Assembly: GCF_037042905.1 (NCBI RefSeq)
Contig: NC_087248.1
Coordinates: 23,374,001 to 23,438,000, forward strand
DNA length: 64,000 nucleotides
Direction: 5' to 3'
DNA from: Lytechinus pictus
Lineage: Eukaryota
The notes under the pieces were generated by a model that worked only from the letters and a program-made list of their open reading frames with translations, was not told the DNA's origin and did no database searches. Below, piece by piece: positions 25,662-38,061 of the stretch. How positions within the stretch are numbered: position 1 is the stretch's first letter; each line of letters starts with the position of its first letter. The position numbers were made by a program, and so were the translations under genes.

Positions 25662-27006
25662 AATCCTGAGTGCAATTGGACACTATACCAAATGAGTTTA
25701 TTTCAAATCCTTAATTAAGAGCATAAATTCAGTCATATATATATATATATATATATATATAATGATGATTATGATGATGATAATAATAATAGTAATAATG
25801 ATAATAATAATAATCATCATCATCATAATACCCAATATTTATAAGGCCCTTTTCCCAAATGGCCCAAAGCACTTACAATTTCAGTTTACCTTATTCATAC
25901 AAAAACAAATACAGAATGGCATTCATATAAAATGAAGGCAGTTGCCTAGAACAAAAAGGTTTTTAGGGACTTGATATTTTTCTTCAAAATTTCCTGTTAC
26001 TTTAGTTAGCAATCTGAACCAAATCATACACCACATGACTCCAAAATTATTTTCTCTATCAAATCAAGCTCCAATATTCCTGATACCCTTTAAGCTAATC
26101 AAGTTGAATATCTAGGGGGATATTCAAATCAATACTCTCAATCAACGCAGACTGGATTCTGGCTAGACGGCTTGTTCGCTCACCCGTACATGGCATGCGA
26201 TGGGATGTGAAAGCCGTCGCAGACGGAACATGGATAACGTGAAAAACATGCCCTTCGACATTTGATGATCGATGTTTTTTTTTTTTTAATGGAAACCGTG
26301 ATTGCTTGGTGGTATTCACAATAGTGCAGAGAGTGGAGAAAATTGAAATATGGTTTTTGAAATTGGGTTGTGCAGCTTTGATTTTCTACATGAATTGAAC
26401 ATCTTCAAATGAAACGAAAGTAACTACCTAAATAAAAAAAAGTCGCTATTTGTATAGAATATACAAATTTTAATTACATTTTTTGTTAAAAAAAATTTGA
26501 CCACTGCAAAAAATAGTCTTCGAGCCTGAATTTACCTTTGATAATATCCCCTAAGGTACAGCTGTAGGTCACAGGAACCACGTTGTAAATAGCTAAACCC
26601 TCTAAATGCATGCACTGAGCACTTATCATACTTTCAACTCAAAACGTCTGCCAAGCTAGATAGATCAGGTCACAGGGGGCGCGGTAATGGGGGGGGGGGG
26701 AGGTTGGGCCGTCTTCACCCCCTCCCCCTTTTCCAAAACAGTGTATAAAAATGTAAAACTGACCATCTGATTGTGATTTTTTGCTTGGTCAGCCAGCCCC
26801 TCCCTCCACTTTCAAAGCTGTTCCATGGCCCCAAGGTCATATCATTTTATAAAGGCTGCAGTGCATGGAATGCCGAAAATTGAAGGTAAAATCTCCAGTC
26901 TTTTGAGAACAGAAATTGCATTTCTCAATATCTTCTACCTACACAGCTGACCTATCATGGTCATATCAATTATCATAAACTCAAGAACGATTGAAAGAAA
27001 GGTCTG

Positions 27007-27600
27007 TGCCCTGTCTTACAAAGAGTTGCGAGTGATCCGATCAACCACAACTATGGAAAGCCAGCAATGTCAAAATCTTAAAAACATGTTTGTTTAAAAT
27101 ATTTTCTAGATATGATTGATGTACATGTATATTCAGACATTCACTGTTTTCTTGACAATTCAGTGTGCTTCTCTTTGTTTTCAAAGGACATTGGGCAAAT
27201 TTTCCTGAAGAAAAAATAATGACAATGATGTATTTCCTTATACTTGAGGTTGATCGGATCAATCGCAACTCTTTGTAAGATGGGGCGGAGGTGGGTGTTT
27301 CATAAAGCTTGTAGGTAAAATACAAATGACTTTACGCACGACTGGTGATCTTTTCTTGTGCTATATGTAATATCCCTATATAATTGATTTATGACCTAAG
27401 AACGTGTTCCAGTTGTGCGTAACTTTGCGAACAGCTTTATGACCTGGTGGGTGTTTCATAAAGCTGTTTGTAAGTTACGAGCGACTTTAAGAACAACTGG
27501 TGATCCTTTCTTGTGGTAAGTGGTATCAACGCGTAAGAAAGGTTCACCAGTCGTTCTTAAAGTCGCTCTTAACTTACGAACAGCTTTATGAAACGGCCCC
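27007..27600. mobile_element. Cluster of three adjacent Harbinger-like MITEs
   Basis: 27007-27285 is a sibling of 32001-32271. Two gggtgtttcataaagc...ctttatga copies at 27290-27600 are siblings of 42757-42915 and 61297-61680. Confidence 0.8.
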
Positions 27601-28349
27601 CAGGATAGATTCATAGACAGCATTCACAACCGGGCTTCAATTGATAGCACATCATCCTCCTCCCCTGAGCCTGACTTATCGATTCATCTCACTGGGGTAT
27701 CGACGGGTTAACATTCATGAGTCACTGATGCAATTACTTACCGGGCAATACCGCTCTGATCAAACATACCATTCATAATAATGACAGGCAACTCTATCAC
27801 GCAAATGCACATCAAGTGTACGAGCCCACCTGACAATTAATCACATTTCCCATTTAAACTATTACGCATATGAAATTAAAAAGAGATGCCTTGTGCAAGA
27901 GATTATGAAGTTCCTTTTAGGCAATCTTCGGCTCCTAATTTTGATAACATGAAATACAAATAACGACTGCAATTTGTTATGCATATACATGCAATTACAT
28001 TCCACATGATTTGAGAATGAGAAGTGGTGTATATGTGGGAAAATATGCTAACAGGTAAGCACCGATATTCCAGATTCAATATTCCAATCTATTCATCGTT
28101 GGACCTTTACTCCACATAGGCAAGGGTGTACGTTGAGTCAATAATGATACTACATGTTTATCACTTATTATCTGTTGATAAGCTGTACTTTTTCTGATAT
28201 AAACTAATAATGTGTATGCTGCTTTTTTATTTTTCATTTTTTATCTTTATTTTCAAATTAATTGTATTGTTTATATGTTATTTGTTACACGAAATCATGA
28301 AAACCCAATAAAAAAATATATATATATATATTAATAATATAGGGTCAAA

Positions 28350-28880
28350 ATCACTGCATAAAACCAAGGAGATATCTCCTTGATAAAACCATGGGGTATT
28401 CTTCTACTTCATACATAAAGGTTAAAACATTTTCAAGATACATATTTAAGAACCATCACTGCATCTATAAGCAAGGGTGAAAGGAAGTTGATATCATAAT
28501 AGCATCGAAATGCAACATAAATTTGGGGGTGAAAATGTAACAAAGTATTTTTTTACCTCAAATTTCATTTATGAAATATAATTTTAGAGGTGTTTCCTAG
28601 ATAGACACTAAAACACCATATCAACGCAAGGGCAAAGGTGTCAGTTAAAAAATCAATAACAAATGTCAAACCAGTGCATAAAATCAGGGGTTAAATGTAA
28701 CAAAAGTATTCTACTATTTCAGTTATATCAAGGTTGAAATGTTTCCGGAACAACATAGGCGAAGTTGTAAATGAAGTTGATATTAGAAACAATAGTGTCA
28801 AACCACTGCATAAAATCAGGGGTAACAGATAATGTGACGATAAAATGTACATACTACTTTATATATCAAGGTTGAAACCG
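28350..28880. repeat. Decayed tandem repeat
   Basis: Recurrent aaaccactgcataaaatcagggg and atatcaaggttgaaa motifs. Confidence 0.6.
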
Positions 28881-29766
28881 TCACTTCGCATTGGATGTAA
28901 CTCGACTCTCAACCATAACAATATTGACGTTCACAGAATGGACGGAAGGTGTCAAACTACGCAGTCAAACCAAGACGGTGAAATGTCAATGGTTTTTTTT
29001 TTCGAAACCACTTAATGATATGAGAAAGATACCAGCACGGCTTGAATTTCATCCCCAGAACACTTGTCAAGTAATTCCCCCTCCTCCTTTTCGTCTTGTT
29101 TAGAGTCAGAATTTGCAAGGTAGCGGTATAAGATATCAAATAGGAAGTATCGTTTGTTCGTTCTTGCAAGCGAGGAAGTTGATTTCTGGGTGTTCTGGAA
29201 AATTAGGTCAACAGTGTTCTCATTTCTTCAAAACAGATTCAGTTTTTATTGTTCTATGACACAAGTCGCAGCCATGGGCTGAGATAATGGATGGTCTTCA
29301 TAATACTAGTAGATTGAATCTGTTCTGTGAAAGTAATCCACGGACAAAACAAAATTTAAGTTTTACAATACTGGGCACGTTTATCATCTTATCTTCTTTC
29401 TAACTCCCTGTTTTATGTGAGTATTTCGTCAACTCTAAAAAGGTAATAATTGTTATCCAACTTTTTAGATATTCCATGAATACTCATCTGTATATTTTCT
29501 GCCTTTCCCTACTTCTACATATTCCCTCTTCTTTTTTTTCTGCTACATTATATTTCTTCTTCTTTGCATATTTTCCTTGTTCTTTCTTTATTTATCCTGA
29601 TCATTTCTTCTTTCGTCCCGATATGAAAGTGCAGTGTTATCTTGTTATGTATTTCCCACTTGACTTTAAATATTTAATTGACATGTAATAATTGTGTATT
29701 CAATTATGTGATTGTGTATTCAAATGTACCATTTTCATTTTTATATAAAAATCAGAAAAAGATGCA

Positions 29767-29840
29767 ATGGCTGGGATTCAAACCCACGACCCTCTGCTTG
29801 ACAGACAAGAGTCAGAACCACTAGACCGTGCATGATGCCC
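29767..29840 (-). mobile_element. SINE family B tRNA-like head only
   Basis: The reverse complement matches 22041-22110 (ggtctagtggttctgactcttgtct...gggtcgtgggtttgaatcccagccat). It is not a functional tRNA. Confidence 0.75.
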
Positions 29841-31375
29841 GAGATTGCTCGTGGGAATGGAGAGAAGAGGTTCAGCTGTCATGTTTGACTCGGTTCTGGG
29901 AGTGATTGGTCCCAAGTGAAAACCTGTTATTTAATGTGTATATCAATTGCATCAATGTGACTGGAGATTAAGCTGCACAGAGATCTATGAATCAGAGCAT
30001 GGTGAAATGGAAATAGGATGAACGAGACAGGAGAGAAAGAGAGAAAGTAGGAGAGAAATACAAGAAAAAATAGAGAGAAAAGGTAGAATGGGAGATACAG
30101 GATGAGAGGAAGAGAATACAAAGAAGAAGAGCGTCAGAGACTGAGGAGCGAGAAAGGAACAGACATAATAATTATACAGACTTACAAAAGGGGAATGTGA
30201 AAGAGAGATGGGGTGGACAGAGGTTGAGCAAGAGAGAGAGAAGAGAGAAAAAAAGGAGATAAAGGAAGAAAGAGAGAAAGAAAATAGGAATGACAAGAGG
30301 GGCAGAAACTGAGGAGAGAAAGAGACAGACAGATATAAACTGACACAGAGGAAAGGAGATGGATAGATAGACAGACCGACAGACCGACCGACAGACAGAC
30401 AGAAAGAAAGAAAGAAATAAAGAAAAAGAAAGAAAGATGAAAAGAAAAATGATTTTTTTTTAAGTGGATGTAGCAAGAGGAAAAAAAGAACAATTTGGAG
30501 AGGGGAAACAAATAAAAGGAGCAGGCAATGGTGAACACAAAATTATAAAATATCTAATCAAATTAACATTCTATCAAATGTTTCGAAAGAAATTAAAGGT
30601 AAATACATGTAACAAAAGAAACACACAAGGATATGGAAGGCACAGAGAGAAATTGAAAAAATATAAAAAGTTTCTAACAAAAAATGTTTAATCAATAGCT
30701 CAAAAGATAAAAGGTAAAGAACAAAAAGAACACAATTAGATATGGAACAGGATAGAGGGAGGGGGAAAAAAAAGAAAGAAAATGAAATGGGAAATAAAAA
30801 GAACCGGTCAAGAAATTGAATATCATACAGCTCCACCGAGTCCACCGGCCCATTTCAGGAATATGAAAATATCAATAATGTCAAAATTCTTAATCAAATC
30901 CCAATTCCTTGAAGAATAGGAAATAGAGATCATATTGCAATATTGGACATTCTGGTACCAAGCCATAGAAGAATTTATTTCATCATAACGACAACAACAT
31001 CTGAAATCCAGTTTGATAATTAATTTAAAGAAAAATTCCCCCCCCCCTCCCCGAGGAGTTTGTCTGTAGTGGACTATAACATAGTGTGAAGGAATTGAAA
31101 CAAAAATCAACTAACATACCAATACTATTTTTTTTTGGCCACATTTAGGTTTGTAATAATGTGTCGGGAGCAAGGGGTGTAACTTACACCCTACACCAAA
31201 AATGTCAAGGATTTAAAATAAACAAAGATCGGATGTGAATAGTGACCAGCCGAATATTAAATTCAGATTCAAATCGTTGTGGATTTGAATTTAAATCTTT
31301 TTGAGATTTAATTCGGCTGGTCACTATTCACAGCCAATCTGGATTTATTTTAAATCCTTGACATTTAGGGTGTAC

Positions 31376-31692
31376 GGCCCGTATTCTGAACTCTTATTTC
31401 ACCTAAACCATGGTCTAAGTCTAGTCTGAAATTATGGGAAGCTATGAGTGTAAAAAAAAAATGTTTAAACTTTAATGCTTAATGTGTTTAAAAGAATGCT
31501 TCCCTTGGTTTAATGGTGAAGAAGTCTAAATTGTAATTATCATTTCAACAAATTTTGTTTACGATTTGAATGCCAAATGTGATGATATATTGATCATCTT
31601 ATTATAGAAATTGACGTCACATTTGGCTTCTAATAGTTAAACCACAGATATAGACAATGGTTTAAGTTAAACCAGAGTTCAGAATATGGGTC
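31376..31692. mobile_element. Harbinger-like MITE (sibling at 36541-36852)
   Basis: ggcccgtattctgaactc / gagttcagaatatgggtc. It is preceded by a separate palindromic element at about 31186-31374 (aaatgtcaaggatttaaaataaa / tttattttaaatccttgacattt). Confidence 0.75.
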
Positions 31693-32000
31693 TATGTGTA
31701 TAGTGACATAAAACATTACAACCTAGAAGACTATGACAAGCCATGTGTGTGCATCAATTACATTATCTGAGCTTGAAAATATGCAGATGCTGTTCTTTTG
31801 TACATTTTACATTGCAATATGTGACAATATATGAATTGGATTTAATTGAATTGAACATTTTCAAGTCAAAGTTTTAAGTCATTACCCCAATACGAATGAT
31901 TAAAAGAAATACACTTCTAGTTTTTAATATGTTCTTTAATTAAGGGTCCAATTTATTGACAACCAATGCATAAATCTTTGATATCTGTAGTATGAATCTG

Positions 32001-32271
32001 GGCCCTGTTGTACAAAGAGTTACGATTGATCCGATCAATCGCAACTATGGAAAGCCAGCAAAGTCAACATATGAAATACATGTTTGTTAAAAAAAAATTC
32101 TAGATAAGAATGCATATCCATAAATTCATTGACTTCTTGACAATATGGGGTGTTCTCCTTTGATTACAAAGGACATTTTGCAAATTTCCTGTAGAAAAAA
32201 TTATGACACTGATGGATTTCCGTAGAGTAACGATTGATCCGATCAATCGTAACTCTTTGTACAACGGGGCC
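32001..32271. mobile_element. Harbinger-like MITE
   Basis: TIR ggccctgttgtacaaagagttacgattgatc / gatcaatcgtaactctttgtacaacggggcc, with CTG on both flanks. Confidence 0.85.
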
Positions 32272-32634
32272 CTGTGCTACGAATCTACAAATGAATCTAT
32301 AAATTTTTAAAGAGTGAAAACTTAAATGTCGTCTTTTCAAGCTTTATAAAGACGTCAGAAAGGCTCTTAAAATAATTCTCCCTAAGTGGTTACTCATGAA
32401 ACATCCCAACTGTCAAAGAAATATTAAAAATAATTTTTAAAATCCATTCACAATAAGCAATAATTCCATCCTTAATACTGTTGAAAAGGCAAGATGTACT
32501 TTGTACACGAGCCAGTATAACCATGCTTCAACGACAAGATAGCACAGATACTGTTCATCATGTCCGTTTTATGTATTATTGTACGAGGAATGAATTGCAA
32601 AATTGCACCGTGCAACAGACGATGTTGGACTTAC

Positions 32635-32677
32635 CGACAATCAGCGGGATAAATTTGACGCACAAAACGACGAGCAT
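32635..32677 (-). CDS. Candidate internal first exon (coding part)
   Basis: acaccATG in good Kozak context, reads MLVVLCVKFIPLIV, donor TCG|gtaagt (phase 1). The upstream region 32870-33010 is CpG-rich with a CCAAT box (plus-strand gattgg near 32933) and is followed by a CT/GA tract. Confidence 0.3.
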
Positions 32678-35600
32678 GGTGTGTTAACAAAAGGCAAGTC
32701 TCCTTACATAGCGGAAGAGAGTCCGATAAGCACAATGGAATTATTCCTCTTATTCATCCAATTTTTGATAGCTAAATGAGTAAACAACTTCTCCTCCTGA
32801 ACAACGATTGTATGTACCGTGAGATAGATAGTGAGGAGATAGAGGGGGGGAGGGGTATGTCAGGGAATTGCGCTTTACGTTCCTTCGTTACTGTGATGGA
32901 TCACGATTGCGAAACGTTGTTGGATTGAGAATGATTGGGATAAAGAACGAGAACGCCGGCGGGTTTTGCGAGCTTAAATAAATTGATCCATGCCGAGGAA
33001 ATAAAATGATCGGCTCATTGTTCATTCGCAGCACAGAGGGAGAGGGGACAAAATACAATTGGAGTAAGAAATGGAGAGAGGATGACAGAAAGAGAGAGAG
33101 AGAGGCAGAGAGAGAGACAGAGAGACATATATAGAGAGAAACAATAGATAAATAGAAGGAAATATATAGACAGAGAGACAGAGAAAATTAAAAAAAAACA
33201 GAGAGACAGGCAGACAGACATGCAGAAAGAGACAGTAAGACAGAGCAAGAGATAGAGAAAAAAAGAGAATGAGAGAGAAAGAGGGGAAAAGACAGACAGA
33301 GAATATCAAATTTGATCTATTTCATAGTTTAATTAATGTTTTGATGATGAAACAATGAGAAAAATCATGAGATGGACATGGAGAAAGTAAGAAAAGAATG
33401 GACAGAGAAAGAGGACAATTTTGAAGAGGGAAATGTAAGTGTGTCAGATGTTAAGTTTCACCTAAATTGTCTGTAATATCTGCTGTTGTTTTTCAACCAA
33501 TCAAAGAAATAAAAACACCTTGAATTTCTAAGGAAATATCGAGAATACCGAGATAATCAAGAATAACGTGATGGTTATTAATAAGAGGATGTCCTGAAAT
33601 TCTACACAAGGTGAAAGCATTTCATGCAAAGCCCAAGCTTTATATCATCTTTACATTGTCAATAAAGCTTATGAAACGAGATCAATAAGTGATTGTGGAT
33701 ACAAGGCTGTCAAAGTTAAATTGACATGAAATGAAAGTGTTTTAACACTCTAAAGTGGCAAAAGGGGTATTCTAAAATTTAGTAAAATAATAACAATAAC
33801 AATGATAATTATAATAATAATAAAAATAATATCAACATTAGTGTTAATAATGATACTAATGATGACAATGATGATGATGATGATAATAATAATAACAATA
33901 ATAATATTTAACCTTTCAGGAATATATTGTTCCAAGATCAACAATTCAAATTAATAACAAAGGCCTACCATTGATCAATATTTTCCAACTTTGATTATGA
34001 AAGCCTTTTCACCATTTGAAATAAATTTGGTGTTGACATCTGGTGTTAGTGTTTGGCTCATTCATACACAAGCCACTGCAACACAATTGAAATGGTGTTG
34101 CGACTGACTTCATCAGGTGTTGAGTTATCAAATACATGTATGTGAGTATCATTTTAATGTGAATCCATTTTTAGTGTTGGCGCTAGGTCAGACATTCACT
34201 CTCGAAACACCTTGAAATTATCAATCCAAAGCAAACCTGCTGATACATATGGCAGGAAGAGAAATCAGAAGTCTACCTATTTTTTTTTAGAAATATTTTA
34301 TTAAAAATGCAAAAAAATTCAAGACATCAAGAAAGCTCGCAGACCCTTATGACTTAAAATTTGTCCAAAATGACAAATACCAATGCTTGACCGACCTATC
34401 TGCTTACCTTTAATAAGTCATGCCTGGCAACGCCTCACTCCAGGAGGGAACAAAAATACAACCAAAAAGTGCATTCCTTGATAAACAAGCTTCCAATATT
34501 AAGACAGAAGGTAGATGTAATGAAGATGCTATATTCCATAGAGTGGAGCCATGAAGGCTTTATCACGTGAGATCACGCTACAGAGAAACAGATACTAAAG
34601 AACGCATGACTACCGGCTCGGCGGAGCCGTACACATTCGTAGAAAGATTATTTGCTCAGGGGCGTCCATTACTGTCCAAATAACAGCCAAGGTACGGGGG
34701 AGGAAGCAGAGAAATTGGCGTCAATTTTGCTGTATGCACGACTTAAGTCAACTAACCACTGCCACAGAGAGAGAGAGGGGAGGGGAGGGGGAGATATGTG
34801 AGAAAAATTCTGACAACATGCTTGCACATGAGGGTCATTGTTAATTTCGTTGTTGGTTTCGATGTCCATTTCGATTACATGGTGAAATGAACGAGCTTTG
34901 GAGTTTTAATGAATGTGCAGCCGAGCATGTGCAGAGATTTCCTGATCAAATATGCTTCAAATTGAGTGATCGGGAAATTTTAATATCAAGGAGAGGAATT
35001 TGTAGCTTTCATTATTCCTGATATCTCAAGATTAAGAGCCACAACTGGATTGAGGATTTAGGGATTAGTTAATTATTCCACTGATGTTTGTCGATAATAA
35101 GAATCTATGGTGGAAAGAACAAATCTGTGTTTTAATGGTAATGAACTTCACAACTAGTACTGATGATAGATTCGGAATAAATACAAATAAGGTATCTTAA
35201 TGTTTGAAATTAACATATAAATTGAGGAACACTAGAGTGCCGAATGATATCATGTTGGTGGTGACTTAAAAGATGTTAAGAGTGAGAATAGGTATATGCC
35301 CAATGTTGCAGAGACATTACATAATTATATATCATTAACAATTGATTATGAAAACTGAGTAATTGTTAATGGTTGCACAAAACTGAATTAGCTAGATATA
35401 AATTATTTCCTAGAACGTATGCTATAAATGAATATTCATGAAAGTTAGAGGTGAATAGGCAAAGGGATGTCATTAATTTCATTAAAACCTGGAACCTCCT
35501 ATAAACTGATATATTTATAAAAATATCATTATTATCTTTTTAGGCCAAGTGCATCTGCATATAAATTCTAGGCTGATTTATCGAGAGGCAAGGGACATAA

Positions 35601-37201
35601 CCTCTATACAACGATTCTTCTATCAATGTGAGGGGAAGCATCTACTTCTTCCCAAACGGAAGCAAGCACTATCTACTACAAGGTAGCACTCTTGTTTTTG
35701 AGGTTTGGCTCTGGCCATGGCCTCCATCCCTTAAAAATCAATCTAAATTATGTGGAAAGAACGTTAACGAAATCTTGCTTGATAGAATGTATACAATGAA
35801 TGATATCTTCAAGGCCGCGTCAATAGTTACAGTGTGTTTGTTTTCGTCAGATTCTTAGCTTTGGCGCCTTAGCAATGCCAGATCACTTTCTTTCTCTCTC
35901 TCTCTCTCTCTCTCTCAGAGCGCACTCCTAAAAGGCTTGCTCAGATATGGCAAGTGTAACCAGCTGATACAGTATTTCAAAGGAAGGAAGTAACTTTGCC
36001 TAGGATTGTAAACTAAAATCCCTGATCCAACTACTGAATCGGTGTGATTGAGCGGCAGTATCATCATCCCAGTGACCTACGTGTGAAACAAAGTCAAAGG
36101 ACTGGCGCCCTTTTGGTGAGGAGTTTATTCCCATTACCAGGTCCCTTAAAGAGGACCTTAAGCCATAAGTCCTCTGGTTTTTAACTAATAAGCATTCATG
36201 CTTTCTTGGCAGTAAGGTAAATAACCACCACTAACCATAACCTACAGTCAGTCGTGATTTCAGTCTGGCAAATACATACGAACCAGCAGACTTGCATAGT
36301 GTCTACCCCCTCAAGTGCTCAACTACTTAAATCTGGCCAAGTTTTTTACCCATAATGCAACAGTCTGAGCAATGAAGTATTGTATAAACATAGACCAACT
36401 TGAATGATTCATACAGCAATAATCATGTTTCCAAATAGCAAAGTAAGTACTTTTCCTCTCAATCCAGTGAGGTTTTTCTATACTAACATGATTATAATTA
36501 TGCTGATTTATTGTCTGTATTATTAATAGTAACTACAAAAGGCCCGTATTCTGAAGTCAGGTTTAACTTAGACCACGGTCTAAATATGTGCTAAAATTAT
36601 GGGGAGCCCCCAAAAACCAAAAAATTCAGCTTATATTGTATATTTTTTATATTTACTATTTTGTTTCCCTTTGCTTTCATAATGAAGAAAATATTTCAGT
36701 TCTCATTCTGAGACAGTTTAAATGATTTGAGTGTCAAAAGAATGAATAAATTGAATGTGTACTAATAGTGATTTGTGCCCCAATTGGCTCTCCATAGCTG
36801 AACTACAACTTTAAACCGGGTTAAATTTAAACCGGAGTTCAGCATACGGGTCAATGGGAATTTTTAAGACCATCTATCTATAATGCACGGTCAATGAGAG
36901 ACCGCACATAGTTGGTGTTGGTCATTTCGCTCTCTCTGATCATGCGGGGTCCCATTGCATAAAAGTTACTATTTTGCCATCCAATGGTAACTAACTACCA
37001 TGGTAACGATGCTCATCAGCCAATCAAAATCAAGGATTTCGGGAAAGATACCATTGCAAGGCAAACTTACCATAATGGTTACTTTTATGCAACGGCGGCC
37101 AGAAAGGAATGGGCAGACATTAAATCTTATTATCAAAGCGGTCAGATTTTAATTAAGATTTCAGTAATTTCATCTGTAATTAAGGAAGACCATGCTAGTA
37201 A

Positions 37202-37601
37202 TACCCCTTTCATAAACCCAATAAAACCCAATTATGCGGCTAATAGCAGCATAATTTGGTCGTAAAATCAGAGGAGGACAAGAGTTATCCGCATTATTCT
37301 GATGCTGCTATTATCCGCATAATAGCGGCATCGGGACAAGATTTTGAGTTTATGAACGTATTTCCAAATAATGCGGATAATTGCCATGGTGCGGTCACAA
37401 GGTCACCCTTTTCCAACACAACCGCATCGGAGGGGGCGTGTCCAGTTGTCATGACGATTATCCGCCTTTTTCAGGACGGGCGCTCGTAAAAATAATCCGG
37501 ATAATTTTCGGAGTTTGTGAACGCAATTTTTATTGAATTATCCGCATTACTCTTAGGCGGCTAATTGGAGGATAGGTTTTATTGGGTTTATGAAAGGGGT
37601 A
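37202..37601. mobile_element. 400-bp Harbinger/ISL2EU-like MITE
   Basis: 27-nt perfect TIR tacccctttcataaacccaataaaacc, TAA target duplication, internal ttatccgcat repeats. Confidence 0.85.
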
Positions 37602-37850
37602 TAAGATTCTTCTGGTAGTTTTTGCCTCTGCGTATGGCAACCCAAGTGAGCAGGCTACTAGGTGCTCTCCGGCACAGATTTCTGCCTATCCCCAAGGAGT
37701 TCATATCTACCTTTGATTTTGGCATAACGTGTTTTTGCTATCATGATTGGTGTAAGAGATACAGTTTAGTGCTATTGGCAAAGCCATTATCAAGACATTT
37801 CATACCTGTTCTTCTCGCTATCTTCCTTCTTTTTCCTCCTCTTCTTCCTC

Positions 37851-38061
37851 NNNNNNNNNNNNNNNNNNNNNNNNNNNNNNNNNNNNNNNNNNNNNNNNNN
37901 NNNNNNNNNNNNNNNNNNNNNNNNNNNNNNNNNNNNNNNNNNNNNNNNNNNNNNNNNNNNNNNNNNNNNNNNNNNNNNNNNNNNNNNNNNNNNNNNNNNN
38001 NNNNNNNNNNNNNNNNNNNNNNNNNNNNNNNNNNNNNNNNNNNNNNNNNNNNNNNNNNNNN
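37851..38061. other. Assembly gap
   Basis: Run of N. Confidence 1.

Noticed and set aside
36984-37489. Protein-like plus-strand ORFs of 93 and 77 aa
   Set aside because: They run across two MITEs with clear TIRs, and have no transposase motifs or splice support.
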